This document shows, in pieces, positions 9,335 to 18,793 of a stretch of DNA of 64,000 bases. The notes beneath the pieces are model-generated. The model did no database searches and was not told the DNA's origin. It saw nothing but the letters and a program-made list of their open reading frames with translations. The stretch is from Gemmatimonadales bacterium (lineage in GTDB: Bacteria; Gemmatimonadota; Gemmatimonadetes; Gemmatimonadales; GWC2-71-9): positions 55,756 to 119,755 of the forward strand of contig JBFJHJ010000002.1 of NCBI GenBank assembly GCA_041613315.1, given 5' to 3'. The position numbers and the translations under genes are program-made. How positions within the stretch are numbered: position 1 is the stretch's first letter; each line of letters opens with the position of its first letter.

Positions 9335-10042
9335 GTGGACGACGTGACTCGGTTGTTTCGCAAGCTGGTCGGCGTGCTGGCCGACGCCGACCCCGCCCAG
9401 CTCCGCGAACCGTTCCGCGTCGCGGACCTGTACGAACGCATCCTCCCCTACCGCCGCTTCAAGCGCGACCTGAAGTTCGATTCGGTCGAAGACTACGACA
9501 TGGCGGTCCTCCGGCTCCTGGCGGGCGACGGCGGGTACGCCGCCGTCGAGCCGATCGAGGCGCGCGAGGCGATAGCCTTGGAGGCGGACGCGGTACGCCC
9601 CGACACCGACGCCTTTCGGGCGTTCGGCAACGCGACCGTGCGGCTCCAGGAGCGGGCCGTGCAATCAGTCCTGACCGAGGAATGGGCGTTCGCGCCACCG
9701 GTGTTTCCCCTCCCGGACGCACCCGCGCGGGGGCACGAACGGGAGCACGAGCAGCGGCGGCGCGAGGGTGAGCGAGGCAGCCGGGGGCTCGTGTTTGAGG
9801 CGGTGCCGGAGCAGCAGGGGAGCCCGGGGAAGACGGAGGTGGGGGACGCAACGGCCTCGCCACGCGCCGCGGGTGCTCCACGCTGCGCCGAGTGCGACGC
9901 CCCCCTTCCGGAGCGGCGCTCGGTCGCCTTTTGCCCGTTCTGCGGACATGGGCTCGAGCGTGTGGTGTGTCCCTCTTGCGGCGAACCTATGGAGTCCGGC
10001 TGGCGGTTCTGCGGAACATGCGGCCACGCGGCGGACGGTTGA
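9335..10042 (+). CDS. Double zinc ribbon domain protein
   Basis: C-terminal CAEC..CPFC..CPSC..CGTC; GGAG upstream of GTG. Confidence 0.8.
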   Translation: MDDVTRLFRKLVGVLADADPAQLREPFRVADLYERILPYRRFKRDLKFDSVEDYDMAVLRLLAGDGGYAAVEPIEAREAIALEADAVRPDTDAFRAFGNATVRLQERAVQSVLTEEWAFAPPVFPLPDAPARGHEREHEQRRREGERGSRGLVFEAVPEQQGSPGKTEVGDATASPRAAGAPRCAECDAPLPERRSVAFCPFCGHGLERVVCPSCGEPMESGWRFCGTCGHAADG

Positions 10043-10046
10043 GTCG

Positions 10047-11153
10047 GTGACGCCGACGCGCCGCATTGCGACCATCGGGGGCGACGGGATCGGGCCGGAG
10101 GTGGTCGAGGCGGCGATCCCCGCAATTGACGCCGCCGCCGGGACGGAAGGGGCGGTACTGACCTGGGAACGCCTCCCCTACGGCGCGGGCCACTTCCTCG
10201 CCACCGGCGAAACGCTTCCGCAGAGCGCGTTCGAGCATCTCCGGGACGACGCGGACGCGATCTTCGTAGGCGCCCTCGGCGACCCGCGGGTCCCTGGAAA
10301 CGAGCATGCCCGGGACATCCTGCTGGGCCTCCGATTCAGACTCGACCTGTACATCAACTTTCGGCCGTGCCGGTTGCTGCATCCCGATCTGTGCCCGCTG
10401 AAGCCTGTCCCTGACCCCTCGGCCCCCTCTTCCCGGGGGACAGAACGGGCGGATGGGCGGGCGCGGCTGATCGACTTCGTGATCTTCCGTGAGAACACCG
10501 AAGGGCTCTACCTGGCGCGCGGGTCTTCCAAGAATGTGGGGACACCTGAAGAGGAGCAGATCGCGGAAGATGTGCATACGGCGCCCAAGGTGCGTCGCAT
10601 CATTCGCGCGGCGTTCGAGTGGGCCAAGGCCCATCGGAGAACGCGGGTCACCATGGCCGACAAGTCCAACGCCATTCCGGCGCATCATCTCTGGCAGCGG
10701 GTCTTCGAAGAGGTGGGAGCGGAATTCTCAGAAGTCGAGCGTGAGCATTTCTACATCGACGCGCTCGCGATGCAGCTGGTCAAGCGACCGGAGCAGTTCC
10801 AGGTGATCGTGACCAACAACATGTTCGGCGACATCCTGTCGGACCTGGGCGCGCAGCTGGTGGGCGGCCTGGGCATGGCCGCCAGCGCCAACCTGCACCC
10901 GGGACGCGTCGGGTTGTTCGAGCCGGTGCACGGCTCCGCTCCGCGGTATGCCGGGAAGGGGACGGCGAATCCGATGGCGACGATCTTGACGGGGGCGCTG
11001 ATGCTGGAACAGCTCGGGCTCCGGGAGGCCGCGCGACGTCTGGAGGAGGCGGTGCGCGGGACACTCGAGGCGGGCGTACGGACACCGGACCTCGCGGGGA
11101 CGGCGACGACCCGGGAGGTGGCGGAGGCCGTGGTCCAGCACGTGGTCGCGTGA
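10047..11153 (+). CDS. Isocitrate/isopropylmalate/tartrate dehydrogenase family (LeuB-like)
   Basis: IGGDGIGPEV, FRENTEG, DKSN, NMFGDILSD, FEPVHGSAP, ANPMA motifs. Confidence 0.92.
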   Translation: MTPTRRIATIGGDGIGPEVVEAAIPAIDAAAGTEGAVLTWERLPYGAGHFLATGETLPQSAFEHLRDDADAIFVGALGDPRVPGNEHARDILLGLRFRLDLYINFRPCRLLHPDLCPLKPVPDPSAPSSRGTERADGRARLIDFVIFRENTEGLYLARGSSKNVGTPEEEQIAEDVHTAPKVRRIIRAAFEWAKAHRRTRVTMADKSNAIPAHHLWQRVFEEVGAEFSEVEREHFYIDALAMQLVKRPEQFQVIVTNNMFGDILSDLGAQLVGGLGMAASANLHPGRVGLFEPVHGSAPRYAGKGTANPMATILTGALMLEQLGLREAARRLEEAVRGTLEAGVRTPDLAGTATTREVAEAVVQHVVA

Positions 11154-11261
11154 GCGACGGCGGGCCGCCGGGAGCGGACGCGGGGCGGCCGACGGGGGAC
11201 GCGATTGCGGTGTATATTCCGTTCCCTGCGACGGTTGTACCCCAGACGGAGTTCGGTCCCC

Positions 11262-12467
11262 ATGCAGACCCAGGGTCACGATACAGGCGTCGTCTTCCTC
11301 TCCGGTGTCCGCACCGGCTTCGGCAAGTTTGGCGGCACCCTCAGGGACTTCTCCGCCACACAGCTCGGCGCGATGGCGGCGACGCACGCTCTCGAGCGGT
11401 CGGGCGTCGCGGCCAAGCAGGTGGACCACGTGGTGTTCGGCAACGCCCAACAGACGTCGGCGGACGCGATCTATCTGGCGCGCCACGTCGGTCTCCAGTC
11501 CGGGCTGCCGATCGAGGTCCCGGCCGTGACCGTGAACCGGCTCTGCGGCTCGGGGTTCGAGTCCATCACCCAGGGCGCTCAGCAGATCCTCCTCGGTGAG
11601 TCCGCGGTGGTCCTGGCGGGTGGCACCGAGTCCATGAGCCAGGCGCCTCACGTCGTGCGGGGTGCCCGCTGGGGGCTCCGGCTGGGACCGGCCGGCCAGC
11701 TCGAGGACAGCTTGTGGGAGGCGTTGACCGATCCGCAGTGCGGGTTCTCGATGGCCGAGACGGCGGAGAACTTGGCGGACAAGTACACGCTGACGCGCGA
11801 GGATGTGGACCGCTATGCGCTCGCCAGCCAGCAGCGCGCGAAGCAGGCGTGGGACGAGTGCGTATTCGAGCACGAAGTCATTCCGGTGCCGATCAAGGAT
11901 CGGAAGACGAAACAGACCGTCGAGTGGCGGGCCGACGAGCACATGCGACCGGAGACCACCCTCGAGGCGCTGCTGAAGCTGCCGCCGTACTTCAAAAAGG
12001 ACGGATTCGTGACGGCCGGCAATGCGTCGGGGATCTGCGACGGCGCCGCCGCGACGGTCATTGCGAGCGAAGCGTTCGCGAACACGCACAAACGGGAGCC
12101 GCTGGGCCGGCTGGTAGCGTGGGCGGTGGCGGGGGTCGAGCCCAAGTACATGGGGATCGGGCCGGCGCCCGCAGCCCGCAAGGCGCTCGCCAAAGCCGGC
12201 CTCAAGCTCGCCGACATGGATCTCGTGGAAGTGAACGAGGCCTTCGCCCCACAGTACGTGGCGGTGGAGAAGGAGCTCGGCCTGGACCGGGAGCGGACCA
12301 ACGTGCACGGCGGCGCCATCGCGATCGGGCATCCGCTGGCGGCCAGCGGCACCCGCATCACGATCCACCTGCTGCACGCTCTCAGGCGCGCCAAGAAGCG
12401 GTACGGCCTGGGCTCGGCGTGCATCGGAGGCGGGCAGGGCGCCGCGGTGATTGTTGAAGCGTTCTAG
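11262..12467 (+). CDS. Acetyl-CoA C-acyltransferase (thiolase)
   Basis: NRLCGSG, NEAF, GHPLAASG, CIGGGQG. Confidence 0.96.
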   Translation: MQTQGHDTGVVFLSGVRTGFGKFGGTLRDFSATQLGAMAATHALERSGVAAKQVDHVVFGNAQQTSADAIYLARHVGLQSGLPIEVPAVTVNRLCGSGFESITQGAQQILLGESAVVLAGGTESMSQAPHVVRGARWGLRLGPAGQLEDSLWEALTDPQCGFSMAETAENLADKYTLTREDVDRYALASQQRAKQAWDECVFEHEVIPVPIKDRKTKQTVEWRADEHMRPETTLEALLKLPPYFKKDGFVTAGNASGICDGAAATVIASEAFANTHKREPLGRLVAWAVAGVEPKYMGIGPAPAARKALAKAGLKLADMDLVEVNEAFAPQYVAVEKELGLDRERTNVHGGAIAIGHPLAASGTRITIHLLHALRRAKKRYGLGSACIGGGQGAAVIVEAF

Positions 12468-12471
12468 AGAA

Positions 12472-12502
12472 CCGCGGTCAGCCATCCGCGGTCAGCCGTC
12501 AG
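12472..12502. repeat. Short intergenic tandem repeat (CCGCGGTCAGCC x2, GTCAG core x3)
   Basis: Copies at 12472-12483 and 12486-12497 (period 14), then a further GTCAG 7 nt on. Confidence 0.55.
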
Positions 12503-12533
12503 GACCGCGGATTCCAGATTGTGGATTGCGTAG

Positions 12534-13361
12534 ATGACCGACCTCGTCCCCCAGCGCGACCGCATCGACCGGCGTACCCTCGAGCGGATCATCCACCGGG
12601 CTGCTGAGCTACAGACCGGGGAGCGGGAGATCGGCGAGGGGCTGACCGAAGCCGAGCTGATGCAGCTGGGCGACGACGTTGGGATTCCGACGCAGTATCT
12701 GCGGCAGGCGCTCATGGAGGAGCGCACGCGAAGCCTGGCGCTGGCCGAACGGGGCGCCGCCGCCTGGCTCGCGGGCCCGCGCTGGGTGGCCGCCTCGCGC
12801 ACCATCGCGGGAACGCCCAGCCGATTGGAAGCCGCTCTCCATCTTTGGATGAAGGACGGCGAGCTGCTTCAGGTGAAGCGGCGCCATCCGGACCGGACCG
12901 TCTGGGAGGCGCAGCAGGGCGCGTTCGCCTCGATCAAGCGCGGGCTCGGCGTCGGCGGACGGCGCTACCTCCTGGCGGAGGCGCGGGACGTGGCGGGCTA
13001 TGTGATCCCGGTGGACGAGCACCGCACCCACATCCGTCTGGCGGCGGACCTCGCGAACAACCGCCGAGACTATCTCGCCGGTGCCGCCGTCACAGCCGCC
13101 CTCGGTACGGTGGCCACCGGGGCCGGCGTGCTCATGGGGGTGCTGCTGCCTGTCGCCGTCCTACCGGCCGCGCTCGCGCTGCCTCTGGCGTTCGCCATCG
13201 CCCGCGGGCGGACCGGCAGGTTGGAGCGGTACCATGTGGCCCTCGAGCAGGTGCTCGACCGGTTGGAGCACGGGGAGATTCGCGTGCCGGCACGCCCCGG
13301 CCAACGGCCCGTCGGCATCGCACGGATCGCCGAGGAGATTCGGAAGAATCTGGAAGTGTGA
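12534..13361 (+). CDS. Hypothetical membrane protein (C-terminal TM hairpin)
   Basis: 275 aa with typical codon usage; N-terminal helical IIHRAAELQ..LTEAELMQLGDDVGI; two hydrophobic helices near the C-terminus. Confidence 0.75.
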   Translation: MTDLVPQRDRIDRRTLERIIHRAAELQTGEREIGEGLTEAELMQLGDDVGIPTQYLRQALMEERTRSLALAERGAAAWLAGPRWVAASRTIAGTPSRLEAALHLWMKDGELLQVKRRHPDRTVWEAQQGAFASIKRGLGVGGRRYLLAEARDVAGYVIPVDEHRTHIRLAADLANNRRDYLAGAAVTAALGTVATGAGVLMGVLLPVAVLPAALALPLAFAIARGRTGRLERYHVALEQVLDRLEHGEIRVPARPGQRPVGIARIAEEIRKNLEV

Positions 13362-13366
13362 GAAGC

Positions 13367-13484
13367 GTGAACGGTGAACGGTGAATGGTGAAGGGCTGCG
13401 CGCCGAGGCGTGATTCCCAAGCGGCCCTTCGCCATCCGTCGCTCACCGTTCATGTTTCACCGTTCACTGTTCACCATTCACCAT
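13367..13484. repeat. Inverted array of heptamer tandem repeats (GTGAACG)n / (CGTTCAC)n
   Basis: GTGAACG GTGAACG GTGAATG GTGAAGGGCTGC ... GCGGCCCTTCGCCA ... TTCACCG TTCACTG TTCACCA TTCACCA. Confidence 0.8.
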
Positions 13485-13496
13485 CCTGTCGCGGAC

Positions 13497-14384
13497 ATGA
13501 CTGAAATCAAGAAGGTGGGCGTCCTGGGATGTGGCCTCATGGGAAGCGGCATCGCGCAGGTCGCGGCCCAGGCGGGGTACGCCACCGTCGTGCGCGAGAT
13601 CTCCGACGAGCTGAACCAGCGCGGCCTGGGGGGGATCACCAAGTCGCTCGACAAGTTCGTGGAGAAGGGGAAGCTCGCGAAGAACGACCGGGACGCCACC
13701 CTCGCGCGCTTGACCTTCACCACGAAAGTGGCCGAGCTCGAGCGGTGTGACGTAATCATCGAGGCGGTCACCGAGGACCTGGACGTCAAGAACGCCTTGT
13801 GGAAGGAGCTGGACCCACTCTGTCCCCAGCACACCATCTTCGCCTCCAACACGTCGAGCCTCACGATTGCGGCGATGGCCGCCGCGACGACGCGCTCCGA
13901 CCGCTTCGTCGGCTTGCACTTCTTCAACCCGGTCCCGCTGATGAAGCTGGTGGAGGTGGTCCGCACCGTCACCACCAGCCCGGCCACCTTCGATCGGGCC
14001 ATGGCGTTCGCGACGTCGCTCAAGAAGGAACCGATCGCGGCGAAGGATAACTCGGGCTTCGTGGTGAACCTGTTGCTCGTCCCGTATCTGCTGGACGCCA
14101 TCCGGGCGGTGGAGCACGGCGTGGCCTCCGTGCCGGACATCGACAAGGGGATGACCCTCGGGACCGGGCACCCCATGGGCCCGCTCACCCTTCTCGACTT
14201 CGTCGGCATCGACACGACCTACCGGATTGCCGAGATCATGTTCCAGGAGTACCGTGAGACACGCTACGCCCCGCCACCGCTTCTCAGGCGTATGTTCCTC
14301 GCGGGACTGCACGGGCGGAAGTCGGGGAAGGGCTTCTACGACTATTCCACCAACCCTCCATCGGTCACGGACCTGGGGCTCTGA
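13497..14384 (+). CDS. hbd: 3-hydroxybutyryl-CoA dehydrogenase
   Basis: GCGLMGSGIA, EAVTE, SNTSS, LHFFNP, GFVVN, PMGP, GRKSGKGFY. Confidence 0.93.
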   Translation: MTEIKKVGVLGCGLMGSGIAQVAAQAGYATVVREISDELNQRGLGGITKSLDKFVEKGKLAKNDRDATLARLTFTTKVAELERCDVIIEAVTEDLDVKNALWKELDPLCPQHTIFASNTSSLTIAAMAAATTRSDRFVGLHFFNPVPLMKLVEVVRTVTTSPATFDRAMAFATSLKKEPIAAKDNSGFVVNLLLVPYLLDAIRAVEHGVASVPDIDKGMTLGTGHPMGPLTLLDFVGIDTTYRIAEIMFQEYRETRYAPPPLLRRMFLAGLHGRKSGKGFYDYSTNPPSVTDLGL

Positions 14385-14386
14385 CC

Positions 14387-14980
14387 ATGTTCTTTCCGGA
14401 AACCGCAGCGCAGTGGCATGCCGCCTTGAACGATTTTCCGTCCATCCTGTTTCTCATCGCGCTGGCGTTCGACCTTGCCGGCGAGGTCACCAAGCGTGAC
14501 TCCCTTCGCGCCGCCGGGTTCTGGACGCTGGTCGTCGGAGCGGCGGGCGCGCTGATCGCGCTGACCTCCGGCCTCATCGCCGAAGACGCCGTCGAGCACG
14601 GCGGCAGCATGCACCTCCTCATGGAGCGCCACGAGACCCTCGCGATCTCGGTGACCGTCCTGTTCGTCGGGTTGGCCGCGTGGCGCATCTGGCGCAAGGG
14701 ACAGCTAGGCCCCAAGGAGCGGCCCACGTATCTGACGATCTCGGCAGTGGGCGTGCTGGCGGTGCTGTGGACGGCCCACCTGGGCGGCACGATCGTGTAC
14801 GAGTACGGCGGCGGCGTCCCGACCCGCGCGCTCGAAGGCGCGCTCCGGGACCGGGCCGCAGGTCATGTACACGAACCCGGCGAGGAGCACGATCAGGAGG
14901 CCCCGGCAGCCGGCGATACCAGCGCGCAGGCGAGTGACCACGCGCACCCGCAAGGGACGCCCCAGCACGAGCACGAGTGA
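14387..14980 (+). CDS. DUF2231-like membrane protein with His-rich tail
   Basis: WHAALNDFP, four TM helices, MERHETLA, TAHLGGTIVYEYG; His/Glu-rich C-terminus. Confidence 0.75.
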   Translation: MFFPETAAQWHAALNDFPSILFLIALAFDLAGEVTKRDSLRAAGFWTLVVGAAGALIALTSGLIAEDAVEHGGSMHLLMERHETLAISVTVLFVGLAAWRIWRKGQLGPKERPTYLTISAVGVLAVLWTAHLGGTIVYEYGGGVPTRALEGALRDRAAGHVHEPGEEHDQEAPAAGDTSAQASDHAHPQGTPQHEHE

Positions 14981-15017
14981 CGGGCGGCGAGCCGCCCGCG
15001 CCGCTCTGCTCCCGGCC

Positions 15018-15455
15018 ATGATAGCGGCGGTCGCGGCGTGCGGTGGGGCGAACGTGCGCCCGACATTCGGCCCGCTCCCGGACGCGGCGGTAGATACCGT
15101 GCGCGCCGCGCCGGCCACCCTCATCGGACGGTTGGAGGGCCTGGTCACGGCGCAGGGCCTGCGCATCGCGCGCGCGAGCGCCGCGGAGGGGTATCTCGAG
15201 ACGGGTTGGTACGACGTCGCCGCCGCGCGGCCCGGCGGCCGCTACACGTTACATCCCACCCGCATCATCCGCCTTCGGTTCTTCGTCGACGACGCCGGTG
15301 GCGGTAACGCCCGGCTCGTGTCGGAAGCCGTGTACCGCATCACCGTGGACCCCTCCCTCCCCGTGCGTGACGCGGAGGTCATCGTCCCCCCGGATCACCC
15401 GGGCGCGGCCATTCTGCGGGCGATCCGGGACGGGATCTCCCGCCGAGTGCCCTAG
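15018..15455 (+). CDS. Hypothetical lipoprotein (start ambiguous, possible frameshift at 14982-14984)
   Basis: VAAC lipobox followed by EGYLETGWYD. A full signal peptide requires joining to GTG 14977 via one extra G. Confidence 0.65.
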   Translation: MIAAVAACGGANVRPTFGPLPDAAVDTVRAAPATLIGRLEGLVTAQGLRIARASAAEGYLETGWYDVAAARPGGRYTLHPTRIIRLRFFVDDAGGGNARLVSEAVYRITVDPSLPVRDAEVIVPPDHPGAAILRAIRDGISRRVP

Positions 15456-15457
15456 AC

Positions 15458-15819
15458 ATGCGGCTGCTCGTGTTGCTCGCCGCGGGCACCCTCGCCCGCT
15501 ACGCCTTGGGAGGGTGGATCCAGCCGGCGGGATCGACGTTCCCCTTGGGGCCGCTGGGGGTGAACTGCTGGGCGGCTTCGCGCTCGGGTTCCTGATGCGG
15601 TTCCTGCTCGGCGCGAACGTCGCGTCGCCCGACCTGCGAGCCGCCCTCACGATCGGGTTTTGCGGAGCCTTCACCACGATGAGTACGTTCTCCTACGAGA
15701 CGGTCGCCCTGCTGCAGGACGGCGAACACCTGCGGGTCGCCGGCTACGTCTTCGGCACCTTGCTGGGCGGCGTCGCCGCCGTACTCGGCGGCATGGCGCT
15801 CGGCGGCCGCCTGCTCTAG
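15458..15819 (+). pseudogene. crcB: Frameshifted fluoride channel Fluc/CrcB
   Basis: From ATG 15458: MRLLVLLAAGTLARYALGGWIQPAGSTFPLGPLGVN. One base is missing at ~15565 (AAC|CTG share one C); the other frame gives LLGGFALG..GFCGAFTTMSTFSYET. Confidence 0.85.
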
Positions 15820-15833
15820 CCGAGAGGTCGCTC

Positions 15834-16040
15834 ATGACCCAGCGCTTCACCGGAGAGCGTACGCTGATGCGCATTGTTGTCGGAGAGAACGACCGCCACC
15901 ACGGCAGGCCTCTCTACGAGGCGCTGCTCCACCTCCGCGCGCTTCTCCCCGACCTCGACGCGATGATCGGCGGAGGGCTCATCACGCTGGAGCGGGCCGA
16001 AGTCATCAGGTATCGGCCCGGCAACGCCGCCGAGCGGTGA
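15834..16040 (+). pseudogene. Internally deleted DUF190 (PII-like) protein
   Basis: N-part LMRIVVGENDRHHGRPLYEALL is joined directly to C-part LLPDLDAMIGGGLITLERAEV. The central GATV.RG..GFG segment is absent (68 aa versus about 110 typical). Confidence 0.75.
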
Positions 16041-17104
16041 CGGGCACCCAGTGGACGGCACCCCCGGCCGGCGCCGACGACCGGGCATACTGCGTGGCGA
16101 TGCTCCCCAAGGTCTCCCGGACGTTCGCCCTCTGTATCCGACTGCTCCCCCGCCGCCTCGAGCACCCGGTCCTGGTCGCGTACCTGCTGTGCCGCGTCGC
16201 AGACACGATCGAAGACGCGACGCAACTCGACCCGGCGGCGAAGGCACGGTTGCTTGACGCTTTCGGGCGGTGTCTCGACGAGCACGCGTCCGACCCCGAC
16301 GGGATCGCGGGCGCGTTCACCGCCCCCGCCTCCGACGAGGAACGCCTCGCACACAATGCCACAGCGGTGCTTCGGGAGTACCGCCGCCTCGGGGAGGCGC
16401 AACAAGCGGCCATCCGGCCCTGGGTCCAGGAGATGTGCCACGGCATGGCCGAGTTTCAGCGGGCGAGCGCCGGCGCGGATAGGCTCGAGGCGCTCGCTAC
16501 CGTGGACGACCTCGACCGTTACTGCTATTTCGTGGCCGGAACCGTGGGCCACCTCCTCACCGACCTGTTTCGGCTTCATCACGCCGGCGTCGGCCCCCGT
16601 CGGTACGGGCGGCTCGTCCGTCTCGCCACGAGTTTCGGGCGCGGGCTTCAACTCACCAACATCATCAAGGACGTGTCCGACGACCGCCGCCGCGGCTGGA
16701 GCTTCGTCCCGAGGCAGCTCTGCGAGCTCGTAGGCATCCGGCCCGAGGATCTCCACAGTGACGCGCACCGTGACGCCGCGCACCGGGTGATGCTGGCGCT
16801 GATCGACAAAGCGAAGGGCCACCTCGTGGATGCCCTCGAGTACAGCACCACGCTCCCCCGCCGCGCGTACGGGATCCGGCTGTTCTGCCTCACCTCGCTC
16901 TACTTCGCCGTGCGCACGCTGCGACTCGCGGAGCGGGACGCCCGCCTGCTGGATCCGGCGCACAAGGTCAAGATCTCCCGGGGCGACGTGCGCCGCACGC
17001 TGGTGGCGACGCGGATCGTGGCGCCGAGCAACGCGCTCGTTCGGGGATACTTCAGGGCCTTGGCCGGCGCGGGCTGGCACCGGACCGCTCGCGCCCCGTC
17101 CTGA
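16037..17104 (+). CDS. Squalene synthase-type head-to-head prenyltransferase (squalene/phytoene synthase family)
   Basis: VSRTFALCI flap, [32 protein letters not shown]. Confidence 0.88.
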   Translation: MTGTQWTAPPAGADDRAYCVAMLPKVSRTFALCIRLLPRRLEHPVLVAYLLCRVADTIEDATQLDPAAKARLLDAFGRCLDEHASDPDGIAGAFTAPASDEERLAHNATAVLREYRRLGEAQQAAIRPWVQEMCHGMAEFQRASAGADRLEALATVDDLDRYCYFVAGTVGHLLTDLFRLHHAGVGPRRYGRLVRLATSFGRGLQLTNIIKDVSDDRRRGWSFVPRQLCELVGIRPEDLHSDAHRDAAHRVMLALIDKAKGHLVDALEYSTTLPRRAYGIRLFCLTSLYFAVRTLRLAERDARLLDPAHKVKISRGDVRRTLVATRIVAPSNALVRGYFRALAGAGWHRTARAPS

Positions 17105-17188
17105 GCGCTCACGCCGCCGGGCGCAAAGGTCCGGGGGGGTCGGCGGTCATGCCCCGGGACGCCGCGAGTGGGCGGCCGTGCCGCGGAG

Positions 17189-17216
17189 TTGCCGCGCGCC
17201 TGAGGTCGGGCATAAT
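17189..17216 (+). promoter_or_regulatory. Putative sigma70 promoter for thyA-folA
   Basis: TTGCCG-N16-CATAAT in an otherwise GC-rich intergenic region. Confidence 0.45.
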
Positions 17217-17390
17217 AAGGTATGGGCCGCACCCACTCCCCAACCGCCACCGGCGGACGGCTGCAGGGCACCCACGGGTCTCGGAGCGCCGGCTGCGGAA
17301 TCCCGACCGACACCGGGCGGGCCGCGGCGATCCCGCGGGCCGGGTCCGCCGGCGACGGCGTCCATCCCCTTTTCCGACTATCCTGATTCC

Positions 17391-18185
17391 ATGCGCCAGT
17401 ACCTCGACTTCCTGCGACACATTCTCGACCACGGCCGGCCGAAGTCCGACCGGACCGGGACGGGGACCGTCAGCGCGTTCGGCTACCAGATGCGGTTCGA
17501 CCTGGCGGAGGGGTTTCCCCTCCTGACGACGAAGAAGATCCATCTCAAGTCCGTCATCTACGAGCTGCTGTGGTTCCTCCGGGGGGACACCAACGTCCGA
17601 TTCCTGCAGGAGCACGGGGTGAGGATCTGGGACGAGTGGGCGGGGTCGGACGGCGAGCTGGGGCCGATCTACGGCTACCAGTGGCGGTCTTGGCCCGCAC
17701 CTGACGGACGGCACATCGACCAGCTCGGTGAGGTGGTGCGGCGGATCCGGGAGGAGCCCGACTCGCGCCGCCTGATCGTGAGCGCCTGGAACGTGGCCGA
17801 CCTCCCGCGGATGGCGCTCCCGCCGTGCCACATCCTCTTCCAGTTCTACGTGGCCGACGGGAGACTCTCGTGCCAGATGTACCAGCGGAGCGCCGACGCC
17901 TTCCTCGGAGTGCCCTTCAACGTCGCGTCCTATGCGCTCCTCACCATGATGGTGGCGAAGGTCACCGACCTCCAGCCCGGCGAGTTGATCCTCAGCCTCG
18001 GGGACGTTCATCTCTATAGCAACCATCTCGAGCAGGCGGAGCTGCAGCTCACTCGAGAGCCGCGACCGCTGCCGACGATGCGCCTCCGCCCGGACGTCCG
18101 GTCGCTCTTCGACTTCGCCTACGAGCACTTCACGCTCGAGGGGTACGCGCCACACCCCCACATCCCGGCGCGGGTGGCGGTCTGA
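17391..18185 (+). CDS. thyA: Thymidylate synthase
   Basis: [46 protein letters not shown]. Confidence 0.98.
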   Translation: MRQYLDFLRHILDHGRPKSDRTGTGTVSAFGYQMRFDLAEGFPLLTTKKIHLKSVIYELLWFLRGDTNVRFLQEHGVRIWDEWAGSDGELGPIYGYQWRSWPAPDGRHIDQLGEVVRRIREEPDSRRLIVSAWNVADLPRMALPPCHILFQFYVADGRLSCQMYQRSADAFLGVPFNVASYALLTMMVAKVTDLQPGELILSLGDVHLYSNHLEQAELQLTREPRPLPTMRLRPDVRSLFDFAYEHFTLEGYAPHPHIPARVAV

Positions 18186-18682
18186 TCGTCTCTCTCATCG
18201 CCGCGATGGCGGAGAACCGAGTGATCGGTGGAGACAACGCCGTACCGTGGCACCTCCCGGCCGACCTCAGGCACTTCAAGACCCTGACGACCGGCCATCC
18301 CCTGATCATGGGCCGACGGACGTTCGAGTCGGTCGGGCGGCCGCTCCCCGACCGGCGGACGATCGTCCTCACGCGTGACCCGGGGTTCCGACCGGCGGGC
18401 GTCGAGGTGGCACGCGACCTCGACGACGCGCTCGCCCGTGCTGGCGACGCCGAGGAGGTCTTCGTCGCCGGCGGCGCCGAGGTCTATCGCTCAGCCCTGC
18501 CGCGAGCCGACCGGCTCTACCTCACCGTCGTCCACGCGGTCGTCCCCGGCGACACGGTGTTCCCCGAACTGGATCTCTCCGACTGGCACCTCGACCGTGA
18601 GGAGCATCACAAAGCCGACGAGCGCCACGTTCACCCCTTCACCATCCGGTTCTACTCCCGCCGAGGTCGACCGCGCGCGTGA
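18182..18682 (+). CDS. folA: Dihydrofolate reductase (probable CTG start)
   Basis: (L/M)[47 protein letters not shown]. Confidence 0.93.
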   Translation: MIVSLIAAMAENRVIGGDNAVPWHLPADLRHFKTLTTGHPLIMGRRTFESVGRPLPDRRTIVLTRDPGFRPAGVEVARDLDDALARAGDAEEVFVAGGAEVYRSALPRADRLYLTVVHAVVPGDTVFPELDLSDWHLDREEHHKADERHVHPFTIRFYSRRGRPRA

Positions 18683-18712
18683 TCGGGCGCACCGCCCGCG
18701 ATCGGATCCGCG

Positions 18713-18790
18713 AAAAAAAGCGAAAAAACCTATTGCATATCTACTCGCCGTTCCTTATCGTGTTGCGCAACGACAACTCCAATCGGAGTT
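18713..18790 (+). promoter_or_regulatory. Putative sigma70 promoter with A-tract UP element, palindrome and RBS-occluding hairpin
   Basis: A-tracts 18713-18728; TTGCAT (18733-18738)-N17-TATCGT (18756-18761); GTTGCGCAAC palindrome 18762-18771; AACTCC-AATC-GGAGTT hairpin 18775-18790. Confidence 0.65.
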
Positions 18791-18793
18791 CCA

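Noticed and set aside
13367..13484. CRISPR-like array
   Set aside because: Units are 7 nt with no unique spacers, and no cas genes are present.
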